A DNA stretch of 64,000 nt from Dehalococcoidia bacterium (GTDB lineage: Bacteria; Chloroflexota; Dehalococcoidia; GIF9; AB-539-J10), in NCBI GenBank assembly GCA_030610855.1, contig JAUWQY010000001.1, forward strand, positions 1,628 through 65,627, written 5' to 3'. A model generated the notes under the pieces. It had not been told where the DNA came from. It did not search any database and saw nothing but the letters and a program-made list of their open reading frames with translations. Numbering within the stretch: the first letter of the stretch is position 1; each line of letters begins with the position of its first letter. Position numbers and translations under genes: made by a program. Shown in pieces: positions 9,613 to 19,722 of the stretch.

Positions 9613-9788
9613 GGACAAGAAATACCGAGCACCAAATACGAGATGTTCGACAATATCAAAGTCCCGATGAATCTCGATGCATCGGGACAAAGCAATCTCG
9701 AGAGTCAGGAATTCAGAGCATTGGACTGCTGCGCTTGCCCAGGATTCAGGATTCTGTAAGGCATTGTTCAGGAATTCGCGAGCCCGGT

Positions 9789-11894
9789 TTAGCTTTCGTG
9801 CTTTGGCTGAGCGGTTTCGGCAAGGCCGGCTTGCTCTAACGCTTCCATAAGGCGGGCAGCTCTGGGATAACCGATACGAAGACGGCGCTGCAGAAAAGAA
9901 GCAGAGATATGTTTATGTTCTTGCGCCAGGCGCATCGCCTCTTCCATAAGAGGGTCGGGGGCCGGAGTTATCCGTCCGCCAACCGGGCGCCCACCCACCT
10001 CGTCAAAATCGACGGAACTCACTTCAATCTGCCTCTGGTTACCCCAGAAATACACCAGTCTCTCGATTTCAGCATCGGAGACAAGATTGCCTTGGAGGCG
10101 TTTGGGCTTACCTGTCTCAGTAGGCATGTAGAGCATGTCTCCTCTACCTAGCAGTTTCTCGGCACCCACCAGGTCCAGGATAGTTCTCGAATCTACCTGA
10201 GAGGTAACGGCGAAGCTAATACGGGTAGGAAAGTTGGCTTTGATAAGCCCTGTAACCACATCCACTGAAGGTCGTTGTGTAGCTACAACCAGATGAATGC
10301 CCGTAGCCCGAGCCAATTGAGCCAATCTACAAAGCGTATGCTCAACTTCATCGAGGGCTGTCATCATCAGATCAGCCAACTCATCAATGATGAGGACCAG
10401 ATATGGCATCTGTTCGCCAGGCGAGCGGTCCTTGTTGTAGCCTTCGATATTGCGCACTCCCACCTGAGCAAACTGGCGATAGCGGCCGTCCATTTCATGG
10501 TTAAGCCATCGCAGAGCTTTTACCGCCTTGTCGGCATCGACGACCACAGGGGCAAGGAGATGAGGCATTCCGTTGAAAGTCACTAACTCCACCCTCTTGG
10601 GGTCGATCATGATGAACTTGACATCATCGGGACTGTTATGGAGAAGCAAGCAGCAAACAATAGAATTCAGACAAACAGTCTTGCCACTGCCGGTAGCTCC
10701 AGCGATAAGCAAGTGCGGCATCCTGGTCAGGTCTCCTGCCATCGCCTCACCACCAGCACCTTTCCCCAGGGCGATCGCCAGCTTCGAACGGGCTTGAATC
10801 TTCTGAAAGGCAGCGGTCTCTATCACACTGCGCAGAGCAACTGAGCCAAACACGGTGTTAGGAACCTCGATGCCCACCACCGGCTTTCCGGGCACAGGGG
10901 CTTCGATCCTGATGCTGGGGGCAGCCAGAGCCAAAGCTAAATCGCTGGCCAAAGACGTAATACGCTCTACCCTGACCCTGGTTCTCGATACTTCCTCCGT
11001 CCTCGTTTCATAGCTGCCGTCCCTCCCTCTCTCTCTTATCCCCTTGTATTTCTTGTCCCATCCGGGCTCAACACCAAACTGGGTCACAGCAGGGCCTATG
11101 TTTACCTGTACGACCCTGGCTTCTACACCATAGCTGGCCAGAGCTTCCTCTATCAATCGGGCTCGCTGGTCAATGTCCTCTTTGTCCAGTTTCACCTCCA
11201 CCGGTCTATCCAGAATGTCGATCGGTGGAAGCTGCCACCCCCCGGGGGTGAGAATTGGTTCGTATTGAGACCGCCAGGCGGGAGGAGTAGTCATCGGAGC
11301 AGGCTTTGCCTCGGCCTCACTGGTTGCCTCTGCCTCAGGGGAGACAACTCCCGGAGGGGCCGTATCAAAATGGGTGGGCTGAGAAGCAATAGTCCTAGGA
11401 CGAGGGCGAGCAACTCCGGCCAGGACACGCCAGCTCTTCTTGACGGCACCCCAAGACTGCCCGGGAATGACAAGCGCAATGCCTAGCAAAACCAGTCCGG
11501 CTACCCGAAGCCCTCCCACAGCACCAGGAGCGCCTATTATGCCTTGCCCGATTCTGCCTCCCAATGCGAAGAAAGCAAGGATTCCCCACACCGCCAACGC
11601 CAGGCTAATGCCCGCGAGAATCCAGTTCCACCAGACCTTGACAACGGAAGGCTGTCCGCGTCGTATCGTCCAGATGAGCAAGCCCAAGGCGATGGCTACT
11701 ATTATCAACCCCCAGCCAAATAGCGTGAACACCCGTTCCCATAACACGCACAGCAAGACCACCATCACGGCAACTAAGATGAGCCTTCGAACCGCCGGTG
11801 ACGCGATGGCGCTGGAGAATCGCTTCGATTTCGATGCTGGCCGGCGTTCCTTAGCTTTCCGCCTCGGCTTGGACCTGCTTCTTGCTTTCGACAC
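9789..11894 (-). CDS. ftsK: DNA translocase FtsK/SpoIIIE
   Basis: N-terminal TMs; PHLLIAGATGSGKT, IIDELADLM, ATQRPSVDV; gamma domain LQRRLRIGYPRAARL; GTG start after AGGAGG. Confidence 0.96.
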   Translation of the reverse strand: MSKARSRSKPRRKAKERRPASKSKRFSSAIASPAVRRLILVAVMVVLLCVLWERVFTLFGWGLIIVAIALGLLIWTIRRGQPSVVKVWWNWILAGISLALAVWGILAFFALGGRIGQGIIGAPGAVGGLRVAGLVLLGIALVIPGQSWGAVKKSWRVLAGVARPRPRTIASQPTHFDTAPPGVVSPEAEATSEAEAKPAPMTTPPAWRSQYEPILTPGGWQLPPIDILDRPVEVKLDKEDIDQRARLIEEALASYGVEARVVQVNIGPAVTQFGVEPGWDKKYKGIRERGRDGSYETRTEEVSRTRVRVERITSLASDLALALAAPSIRIEAPVPGKPVVGIEVPNTVFGSVALRSVIETAAFQKIQARSKLAIALGKGAGGEAMAGDLTRMPHLLIAGATGSGKTVCLNSIVCCLLLHNSPDDVKFIMIDPKRVELVTFNGMPHLLAPVVVDADKAVKALRWLNHEMDGRYRQFAQVGVRNIEGYNKDRSPGEQMPYLVLIIDELADLMMTALDEVEHTLCRLAQLARATGIHLVVATQRPSVDVVTGLIKANFPTRISFAVTSQVDSRTILDLVGAEKLLGRGDMLYMPTETGKPKRLQGNLVSDAEIERLVYFWGNQRQIEVSSVDFDEVGGRPVGGRITPAPDPLMEEAMRLAQEHKHISASFLQRRLRIGYPRAARLMEALEQAGLAETAQPKHES

Positions 11895-11898
11895 GGAG

Positions 11899-13596
11899 TT
11901 ATGCCTCCTGCCTGGTTGGCTTCCGCTGGGCTTTCCCAACCTCCACAACAACAGGAATGATGACCGGACGGCGATGAATTCGTTCATGGAAGAATCTGCC
12001 CAGGGAGTCCTTCACTACGGTATCAACGAAACCCGGTTCACTGAGGCGTCTTCTATCATGATCCAAAGCAGCTAACAGCACATCCTGGCTTTTCTCAAGC
12101 AATCTCTGTTCTTCCCCGGCATCAACAAAGCCCAGTGTTATGATGCGCGGCCTTCCGGCTAACTTGCCGTTCTCAGCATCAATAGCAATGGTCACCACGG
12201 CGAGGCCGTCCCGCGCAAGCAGTTTGCGGTCCCGAAGCACGACGTCATCCAGTGTGCCCGTCGTCAGACCGTCTAGATAGATAACGCCGGCATGGGTCCT
12301 GGCAACTACCTTGCCTGAATCCCGCCCCAGCTCAAGCACATCACCGTTCTCAAGGACAAAGATGTTATCCCTGGGTATGCCCATGCTTTGAGCCAGATCC
12401 GCGTGCAAGCTCAAGTGGCGATACTCGCCGTGAACAGGAACAAAGAATTTAGGCTTGACCAAGCTGAGCAAGAGCTTCAGCTCCTCCCGACTGCCATGCC
12501 CGTGAACATGAACCTGGGCTAGCTTGTCATAAATCACCCTGGCCCCTTGACGGAATAGGCTGTCCGTGGTCTTGCTGACCAAAGCTTCATTACCAGGAAT
12601 GGGAGTTGCTGAAATCACCACGGTATCGCCAGGGATTATCTGAACCTGGCTGCGAGGGTCCCGATTAGCCATACGCACCAGGGCGGAGGTGGGCTCACCC
12701 TGACTTCCCGTGCTCAATACTATGACTCGGTGGTGAGGCAGGTCTCTAAGCTCGTCCAGACGACATAGAACACCGGCAGGGGCCGCAAGATAGCCCGTTT
12801 TCAACGCCATGTTCACTATCTCCTTCATGCTCCGACCAGTGATGAATACACGGCGATCGCGTTTGACAGCAACGTCAAGCACTTGCTGAATGCGAGATAC
12901 AAGAGAGGCAAAGGTAGTTACGATCACCCTCCCCTTTGCCTCGCTGATAATCCGATCCAGAGTATCCCTGACCACGCTCTCAGAGGGAGTATATCCATCG
13001 AGCTCAACATAGGTGGAGTCGGAAAGGAGAAGTAAGACATCTCTTCCTCCCAGCGCCGCTAATTGGCTGAAGTTAGTAGGTTCGCCAACCACCGGCGTAT
13101 AATCGATTTTGAAGTCGCCGCTGTGCACTACAATGCCCTGAGGAGTATGAATTATCAGCCCTACCGAGTCAGGAATACTATGACAAACAGAGAACATCTC
13201 TATGGTGAAACTGCCTAGTGCGACCTTGCTCCCCGGGGTGACCACATTCAGCCTTGCGCTAGCTTTCACCCCCCGCTGCTTGAGGTCCACGGCAATTAGC
13301 TCTCGAGTGAACCTGGTACTATAGACGGGCAGCGTAAGACGAGATAACATGTAAGACAGCGCTCCAATGTGGTCTTCGTGTCCATGGGTAATCACTACCC
13401 CCCGCAGATTCTGCTGTCTCTCCAGAAGATAGCTGATATCTGGAAAAAGTAAGTCAACCCCCGGCATCTCCTCGCCGGGGAACATAAGCCCGGCGTCAAT
13501 GACAATGATGTCATTGCCATATTCCAATACCATCATGTTCTTACCGATTTCACCCAATCCACCCAGAGGGATGACTCTCAATTTATGTTTCGGCAT
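11899..13596 (-). CDS. rnj: Ribonuclease J
   Basis: PLGGLGEIGKNM, THGHEDHIG, GSQGEP, PVHGEYRH. Confidence 0.97.
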   Translation of the reverse strand: MPKHKLRVIPLGGLGEIGKNMMVLEYGNDIIVIDAGLMFPGEEMPGVDLLFPDISYLLERQQNLRGVVITHGHEDHIGALSYMLSRLTLPVYSTRFTRELIAVDLKQRGVKASARLNVVTPGSKVALGSFTIEMFSVCHSIPDSVGLIIHTPQGIVVHSGDFKIDYTPVVGEPTNFSQLAALGGRDVLLLLSDSTYVELDGYTPSESVVRDTLDRIISEAKGRVIVTTFASLVSRIQQVLDVAVKRDRRVFITGRSMKEIVNMALKTGYLAAPAGVLCRLDELRDLPHHRVIVLSTGSQGEPTSALVRMANRDPRSQVQIIPGDTVVISATPIPGNEALVSKTTDSLFRQGARVIYDKLAQVHVHGHGSREELKLLLSLVKPKFFVPVHGEYRHLSLHADLAQSMGIPRDNIFVLENGDVLELGRDSGKVVARTHAGVIYLDGLTTGTLDDVVLRDRKLLARDGLAVVTIAIDAENGKLAGRPRIITLGFVDAGEEQRLLEKSQDVLLAALDHDRRRLSEPGFVDTVVKDSLGRFFHERIHRRPVIIPVVVEVGKAQRKPTRQEA

Positions 13597-13631
13597 GGTC
13601 TTCTTCCCTTCATGTCATTCGAGGCATGATT

Positions 13632-14228
13632 CTAGAACAAGCTTAATTGGCGATCGTCAGATACATTTCGAGGCAGTTCTTTACACTGAGCCAGTATCTG
13701 CGGAATCCTCAGCATATCCATTTCAATGGTCCGGCGCAGAGAGCCTTGATGAAGCGCTGCCGCAGGATGATACATTGGGTAGTATATGACACCGTCCACC
13801 TGTCGGGGCTTGCCGTGAATCTTACCTATGCTTTCAGCGGGGAAATACCGGGAGAGAGAGTGGCGCCCCAAAGTGACAATCATGCCGGGCTGAATGAGAT
13901 CTATCTGACGATCGAGCCATTTACGACACGCCTGTATCTCCGCCGGTAGTGGTTCACGATTCTGAGGAGGACGGCACTTAATCACGTTAGCAATGTAAAC
14001 TTCCTCCCGCCGTAAGCCAACTGAAGCTAGCAACTGGTCCAAAAACTGCCCGGCCGGTCCGACAAAAGGACGTCCCTGCTGGTCTTCGTGCCACCCCGGC
14101 GCCTCACCAATAAAAAACAAGTCCGCGTCTTCAGCCCCCTCACCGGGCACCGCCTTGGTGCGACCCCTAGCTAGATCACAATCCCGGCAAGCTACAATCC
14201 CCTCATAAAGCTGGGCCAGAGCTGACAT
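13632..14228 (-). CDS. udg: Uracil-DNA glycosylase family 4
   Basis: CxxC, GEAPG, GRPFVG, KCRPP.NR.P, YHPAA. Confidence 0.95.
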   Translation of the reverse strand: MSALAQLYEGIVACRDCDLARGRTKAVPGEGAEDADLFFIGEAPGWHEDQQGRPFVGPAGQFLDQLLASVGLRREEVYIANVIKCRPPQNREPLPAEIQACRKWLDRQIDLIQPGMIVTLGRHSLSRYFPAESIGKIHGKPRQVDGVIYYPMYHPAAALHQGSLRRTIEMDMLRIPQILAQCKELPRNVSDDRQLSLF

Positions 14229-14298
14229 CTAATCCGATGGTAGCATATCTACCTACGTTGGTCAATTTGGACTGATACGAAAGCGGAGGCTGCCCCAC

Positions 14299-15096
14299 TC
14301 ACTCATCCTCATCCTCGTCCTCATCCTGTTCCCAAATAGGCTCCGTAAACTGGTCGATGAATTCAGCCGTAACCCTCTTCGCTATCCTGTCCATTTCCTC
14401 GTCCACCTGCTCTGCCAGACCGCCAAGCTCAGACAAGTCAAGCGCAATTCCTAGCATTTTGGTCAGGATGCCAAGCACGGCCAGGGAGGCCTTGGGGTTT
14501 GCAATCTGCGTGGCATATGCTGGCACTTCACCCAGCAGGCAAATGCCCTGCATTCCCCTCTCTTTAGCCATTCCCAATATCAGCCCATTCAACCCGGCGA
14601 TGCGAAGGTCGCCTCTGAGAATCACATTGTATTTGCTTAGTTCATCAATCAGGTCAGGATCTGTAGCCACCCCCCAAACCTTCATTTCTTCACTATGGTG
14701 GACGCGCGTCACCGCAGCAGCGCAGCTGTATATTCTCTCCACTTTGAGCTTTTGCGCTACGTCCAGGACGCAGTTGACCAGTTCATATCCTTTGAAAACA
14801 GGCTGCTCCTCACCAATGAAGACCACCAAGCCCCTGCCCGCTCTTTTGGGCCGCCAATAATAGAACTTGCTCTCAGGAAAACGAGGGCTTTCAACCACAT
14901 TGTCCTTCACTGTCACACCCACCGGTTCAAAGAAACTGACGGGATCAATCTCGCCTATTTCTACGGCATTTAGCTTCTCAACAAGATACTTCGCTGCTGT
15001 CAGAGAAACATCGCCAATGCCAGGCCAGGAGGCAAGCATGAAGCAACTCTTAGGACTTGGCCGTTTGTAGAGCGTCACTGCGTCTTTCATATACAT
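14299..15096 (-). CDS. PAC2 family (proteasome assembly chaperone-like) protein
   Basis: WPGIGDV, IAGLNGLILG, GICLLGE, NPKAS; acidic tail. Confidence 0.88.
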   Translation of the reverse strand: MYMKDAVTLYKRPSPKSCFMLASWPGIGDVSLTAAKYLVEKLNAVEIGEIDPVSFFEPVGVTVKDNVVESPRFPESKFYYWRPKRAGRGLVVFIGEEQPVFKGYELVNCVLDVAQKLKVERIYSCAAAVTRVHHSEEMKVWGVATDPDLIDELSKYNVILRGDLRIAGLNGLILGMAKERGMQGICLLGEVPAYATQIANPKASLAVLGILTKMLGIALDLSELGGLAEQVDEEMDRIAKRVTAEFIDQFTEPIWEQDEDEDEDE

Positions 15097-15097
15097 C

Positions 15098-16426
15098 CTA
15101 GCTTCCCTTTGTCGACACTGATACACGAGGGCAACATAAGTGAGGAGTCTGCAGATTCCCGTCAACCCATCTTGCTTTCTGCCCTATGCCAAGAAGCTCT
15201 TCTAATACTCGATATACGTTGCCAGCAATCATAGTGTCCTTAACCCTCCCTACTATCTCCCCATTCTCTACCTTGTATCCCAGCACAACGTTGCCGCCGA
15301 AATCACCGCCCAGAAGATTACCCTGCTCAGCACCGATAACGTACTCCACAATCAACCCTTCTTTCATATCCTCCACCATGGACTCGAAAGAGACGTCCCC
15401 TTCGCTTAAGATGAGAGAGCTTACGCCCGGTACGGGAATACTGCCGCTCGCTCGCCTGCCACTGCCCGTGCTCCGAGTGCCCGCCAAAGCTGCTGTCTGC
15501 AAATCATAGAAGAAATCTGTCACGACTCCGTTTGTGACAAGCGGCAGACGTTGACCCGGCACCCCCTCATCATCAAAAGGACAACTCCGCACTCCGTATT
15601 CTACGGTAGCATCATCCCATAGGCTCAGCCCTTTGTCAAAAACCTGCTGCCCCAGTTTGCCCATCAACGGAGAAGCTCCTTCAAAGACTGTTTTGCCATT
15701 AAGGGCCAGCACTATGGGCGATAACAGGACGCTGGCCACTCCAAGAGGGGTGAAGATCACGGGCAGCACCCCGGCGGACAGGGCAGCCCCCCCTTTAGCC
15801 ATCTCCAGTTGCCCTATCACCCTGTCAGCCAGGCCATCAACGCTGCCAAGCGGACGACAGGAGCTTTCGCTGTCACCCACAAACAGCATATCTGTGTCCT
15901 CAACAAGTATGCCTTCCAGGCTAAGGCTGAAGAAGCTCTTGTCATACGTTCCTTCACCGCCCTGGGAGTTCATTATGGAGACGGAGGTTGTCCCCTTGGT
16001 CACTTCAACATCGCAGAGGATAGCGGCAGTATGGCCTGTAATCTTAGCTATAAGCTCCTTGCCGGCCTCAACCATGATCTCCATGGCGATCTCCGGTACT
16101 CTGGAATCGAAGACACGCACTCCCGGGTAGTCCTGGTAAGACGGGAATTGAAAATCAGCCGGACCGCCAAAGCGAGACGTCTCCACAGCCATGTCAACCA
16201 GAGCTTCCAATCCACCCCCGCCACTAGCTGTAGCAAAGCCAATTCTGCCTGCCCGGAAAATCCGCAGGGCGATACTGCTGCGCTCCTTGGTCTGGACTTG
16301 TTTTAGTTCATTGGCTTCAAACTGTATCTGCGTTGAGCGAGAAGAAAGCAAGAAGACTTCAGCTTGCTCAGCCACCCTCTGGGCGGAGCGAAGAACCTGC
16401 AGCATGTGCTCCTTCTCAAATCCCAT
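15098..16426 (-). CDS. pmbA: PmbA/TldE family protein
   Basis: PFDDEGVP, GDFGG, IVGRVKDTMIAGN; lacks the HExxxH of TldD. Confidence 0.9.
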   Translation of the reverse strand: MGFEKEHMLQVLRSAQRVAEQAEVFLLSSRSTQIQFEANELKQVQTKERSSIALRIFRAGRIGFATASGGGGLEALVDMAVETSRFGGPADFQFPSYQDYPGVRVFDSRVPEIAMEIMVEAGKELIAKITGHTAAILCDVEVTKGTTSVSIMNSQGGEGTYDKSFFSLSLEGILVEDTDMLFVGDSESSCRPLGSVDGLADRVIGQLEMAKGGAALSAGVLPVIFTPLGVASVLLSPIVLALNGKTVFEGASPLMGKLGQQVFDKGLSLWDDATVEYGVRSCPFDDEGVPGQRLPLVTNGVVTDFFYDLQTAALAGTRSTGSGRRASGSIPVPGVSSLILSEGDVSFESMVEDMKEGLIVEYVIGAEQGNLLGGDFGGNVVLGYKVENGEIVGRVKDTMIAGNVYRVLEELLGIGQKARWVDGNLQTPHLCCPRVSVSTKGS

Positions 16427-16691
16427 GTTCCACTACCTGAACAACATCAAAACTCAAAGATGAGGAAGCAAGATCACTGCTTCAAGTGCAGAACCACTTC
16501 ATTCTCTTCTCTTCAGAGACAGCCCGTTCGTGCATCTTCAGGTCCTGCCCTGCAGCTTTGTCTCCAATACCGACTGAGTCCCCGTCTCGGCTGTTGCCAT
16601 AACGACCTCTCTGAGACAGACCATTTTAGACTGTCGATAGCCGCTTTTCAAGTTATCGCCCTCGTTCAGTACCTTGGCGACACCTCTCTAG

Positions 16692-16823
16692 TGTCATCGC
16701 GAGGAAGCCCGATGAATCGGGGAGATGAAGAGATTTCGAAGCGAGGTTTCTCATTCCAACTATGGCAGGCTCCGGCTTCGTGATGGGATTGCCACGCCCC
16801 CACGCGTCGGGCCTCGCAATGAC
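16692..16823. repeat. CGTC/TGTCAT-type palindromic repeat element
   Basis: TGTCATCGCGAG...GGGATTGCCACG...CTCGCAATGAC termini; internal CCCGATGAATCGGG. Confidence 0.7.
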
Positions 16824-16898
16824 GGGCAAGGTTATGTCAGGCTCCATGTAGCTGACTCTGATTTGCGTTGCTACTGCTATTTCAGTATTATGAATTCG

Positions 16899-19037
16899 AT
16901 GGAAGTCAGTGCGCTCATAGAACAGGTCAGCACTTACCTGCCTGATGACGAAGTAGCTGTCATCAAGGCAGCTTATGAATTCGCTTCTCGGGCTCACGAA
17001 GGACAGGTGCGCAAGACAGGGGAGCCGTATTTAGAACATCCCTTGAATACCGCCATGTCGTTGGTTGACTTTCACCTTGATGCTGACACCATAGCTGCTG
17101 CCTTACTGCATGATGTTCCCGAGGATTGTGGCGTGCCGTTGGAAGAAATCGAAGCCAGGTTTGGCTCACAAGTAGCAAAACTGGTAGACGGAGTCACGAA
17201 ACTGAACAAACTCTCACGTCGATCTCGAACGGGAGACACAAAGTCGACAGTCCAGGCCGAAAGCTTACGCAAAATGCTCCTGGCTACCGCTGAAGACCTG
17301 CGAGTGGTTATTATCAAACTGTCAGACAGGTTGCATAACATGCGCACGCTGGGGGCTTTACCCCCGGACAAACGGCGTGCCATTGCCCAAGAGACCCTGG
17401 AGATATATGCTCCGCTAGCGCACCGTTTAGGTGTGGCACAGGTCAAATGGCAATTAGAGGATCTAGCCTTTCGCTACCTGGAGCCGCGCTCATACCATCG
17501 AATTGCCCGCTTAGTAGCAGGGAAGAGAGCCGAGAGGGAAGCCTTCGTAGCCGAGGTCAGTCAGAAACTGTGCCAGGAATTGGATAAAGCAGGCATCAAG
17601 GCTAAGGTTTCCGGCCGGCCGAAACATATTTACAGCATATATAGAAAGATGGGCAAGTATGATGCGCAGGGCAAGGAATTCAGTGATATCCATGACCTTT
17701 CCGCGTTGCGTGTGTTAGTAGACTCAGTTTCAGATTGTTACAAGGCACTGGGGGCAGTCCACAATTGCTGGCGTCCTGTGCCCGAGGAGTTCGACGACTT
17801 CATCGCCAACCCCAAGAGCAATGGCTATCAGGCCTTGCATACTACGGTGATGTGCCAGGGTACGACACCGCTGGAAATACAAATTCGAACCCATGATATG
17901 CATCGCATCAGCGAATATGGCGTGGCTGCTCATTGGCTCTACAAAGAGGGGAAGGCAGGCAAGCATTCTGTAGAGGAGACGGCTTGGCTGAGGCAATTTG
18001 GTGATTGGAGGGAAGAACTTGAAAGCGAGGATTTCCTGGAGTCTATTAAGACCGACGTTCTTGTGGAGCGAGTATTCGTCTATACCCCCAAAGGGGAGAT
18101 AAAAGAGTTGCCCAGAGGTGCCACTCCTCTCGATCTCGCTTTCCGGGTTCATACGGACCTGGGCTACAGATGTATTGGCGCGAAGGTGAACGGAAGGCTT
18201 GAACCACTGAACTATGTTCTTAAGAACGGCGATGTGGTGGAGATTATGGCCAGCAAAGCAGATAGAGGCCCCAGCCTGGACTGGCTTAACCCTGAGGCTG
18301 GCTATGTTAAGACGTCTCATGCGCGAAGCAAGGTGCGTCAATGGTTCAGAAAGCAAGAACGAGGTCAGTGTATTGAAGCCGGCAGGCAGATTTGGGATAA
18401 GGAACTTAAGAAGCTATTCGCCGGTTCGATCAGTATTGAGGAAGTAGCGCATCTACTTGACTATGTCGACGCAGATGACCTTCTTGCTGCGCTGGGCAGC
18501 GGTAGCGTCAGTGTTTCTCAGATAGCCCTCAAACTTAGTGGAGACCTGGAGCCAGTGGGAGAGGGGGTTACAGTTCTGCCTCCGCGGAAGGTTCGCCCAG
18601 TGAGTATCAACGTATTGGGTGTCGGTGACTTGCTTACTCGTTTAGCTGATTGCTGTCATCCTCTGCCTGGGGATAAGATTATTGGCTACATTACTCACGG
18701 CCGGGGCATTACCGTACACCGCAGAGATTGCCTCAATATTATCAACGAAGACGACAAGGAAAGATTGATCAAGGTGGAATGGGGTGAAGTGGCACAGGTT
18801 TATCCTGTGATGATTCAGGTTGATGCCTGGGACAGAGTTGGTCTTGTCAGGGATATTAGTGCTATCATAGCGGAGGAAAGGGTGAACCTGACCGAGTTAA
18901 GCTCCGTGAGTCACCTCGATGATAGCGTCTCATTGCATGTTACGTTGGAGGTGAAAAACGGCGTCCAGTTGAGTAAAATAATATCCAGGATCTATACCAT
19001 CTGGAACGTAGTAAGCGTGATGAGAAAGGGGGCATAA
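16899..19037 (+). CDS. relA: Bifunctional (p)ppGpp synthetase/hydrolase
   Basis: HD domain (AALLHDVPED), synthetase, TGS, CC and ACT domains; start trimmed from 16725. Confidence 0.97.
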   Translation: MEVSALIEQVSTYLPDDEVAVIKAAYEFASRAHEGQVRKTGEPYLEHPLNTAMSLVDFHLDADTIAAALLHDVPEDCGVPLEEIEARFGSQVAKLVDGVTKLNKLSRRSRTGDTKSTVQAESLRKMLLATAEDLRVVIIKLSDRLHNMRTLGALPPDKRRAIAQETLEIYAPLAHRLGVAQVKWQLEDLAFRYLEPRSYHRIARLVAGKRAEREAFVAEVSQKLCQELDKAGIKAKVSGRPKHIYSIYRKMGKYDAQGKEFSDIHDLSALRVLVDSVSDCYKALGAVHNCWRPVPEEFDDFIANPKSNGYQALHTTVMCQGTTPLEIQIRTHDMHRISEYGVAAHWLYKEGKAGKHSVEETAWLRQFGDWREELESEDFLESIKTDVLVERVFVYTPKGEIKELPRGATPLDLAFRVHTDLGYRCIGAKVNGRLEPLNYVLKNGDVVEIMASKADRGPSLDWLNPEAGYVKTSHARSKVRQWFRKQERGQCIEAGRQIWDKELKKLFAGSISIEEVAHLLDYVDADDLLAALGSGSVSVSQIALKLSGDLEPVGEGVTVLPPRKVRPVSINVLGVGDLLTRLADCCHPLPGDKIIGYITHGRGITVHRRDCLNIINEDDKERLIKVEWGEVAQVYPVMIQVDAWDRVGLVRDISAIIAEERVNLTELSSVSHLDDSVSLHVTLEVKNGVQLSKIISRIYTIWNVVSVMRKGA

Positions 19038-19310
19038 GTGTCAAATATCAAGTCGGGTAACAAGGCAGCCAGGACGGCAGAGAGAAAGCGGCTTCGGAAC
19101 CGCTTAGTGCGCCGTAGTCTTAAGACCTACCTGACTAAGGCGAAAGTCGCAGCTGATGCCGGGGAAGAATCGGCACATCAGAAGACGATGACGGCCATAA
19201 GCAGTGTAGATAAGGCGGTGAGCAAAGGAATCATTCACAGGAACAAAGGCGCCAGGATTAAGTCCTTCTTGATGAGCATGTTAGGTAAGGAACACGGAGC
19301 GACTAACTGA
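19038..19310 (+). CDS. rpsT: 30S ribosomal protein S20
   Basis: NIKS..RLRNR..DKAVSKGIIHRNKGAR. Confidence 0.93.
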   Translation: MSNIKSGNKAARTAERKRLRNRLVRRSLKTYLTKAKVAADAGEESAHQKTMTAISSVDKAVSKGIIHRNKGARIKSFLMSMLGKEHGATN

Positions 19311-19317
19311 TACAGAG

Positions 19318-19648
19318 ATGGCTATTAAGCCGCTTTCAACAGAGCAGGAACGAATTATCAACTTCGTCACCGGCTTTCTGCATGGCAGAGGCTATCCGTC
19401 TACGATTAGGGACATTGCGGCTGGATGCGGAATAAGCTCTACCTCAGTGGTGGCTTACAATCTGAAGAAACTGGAACAAGCGGGATACATCCGCCGCCAC
19501 AGCGATATATCTCGAGGAATCAAGTTCCTGACCCCGAGGCAAGAAGGAGGCAACGTTGTTAGTATTCCCGATGAAACCCATTTATGCCACTCCGGATAAC
19601 GTCGAGATTCAGGGGCGGGTGGTGGCTGTGATTCGACGTGTCCCATAG
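19318..19648 (+). pseudogene. lexA: LexA with internal deletion and frameshift; DNA-binding domain ORF 19318-19599 is intact
   Basis: wHTH (GYPSTIRDIA..ISSTSVVAYNLKKLEQAGYIRR); LexA C-terminal remnant PMKPIYATPDNVEIQGRVVAVIRR in another frame; no Ala-Gly site or Ser/Lys dyad. Confidence 0.8.
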
Positions 19649-19722
19649 CTTGGGAAATGCAGCACCACAAAGGGAATTGTTTGAGAACGGTCCGGTTCCT
19701 TACTTCTGATTTGTAGTTTAGT

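Noticed and set aside
9615..9780. Degenerate short-period repeats (also about 33630-33700)
   Set aside because: Too decayed to define a unit or an associated gene.
16725..16898. N-terminal extension of relA
   Set aside because: Runs through a palindromic repeat element; RelA-like sequence starts near 16899.
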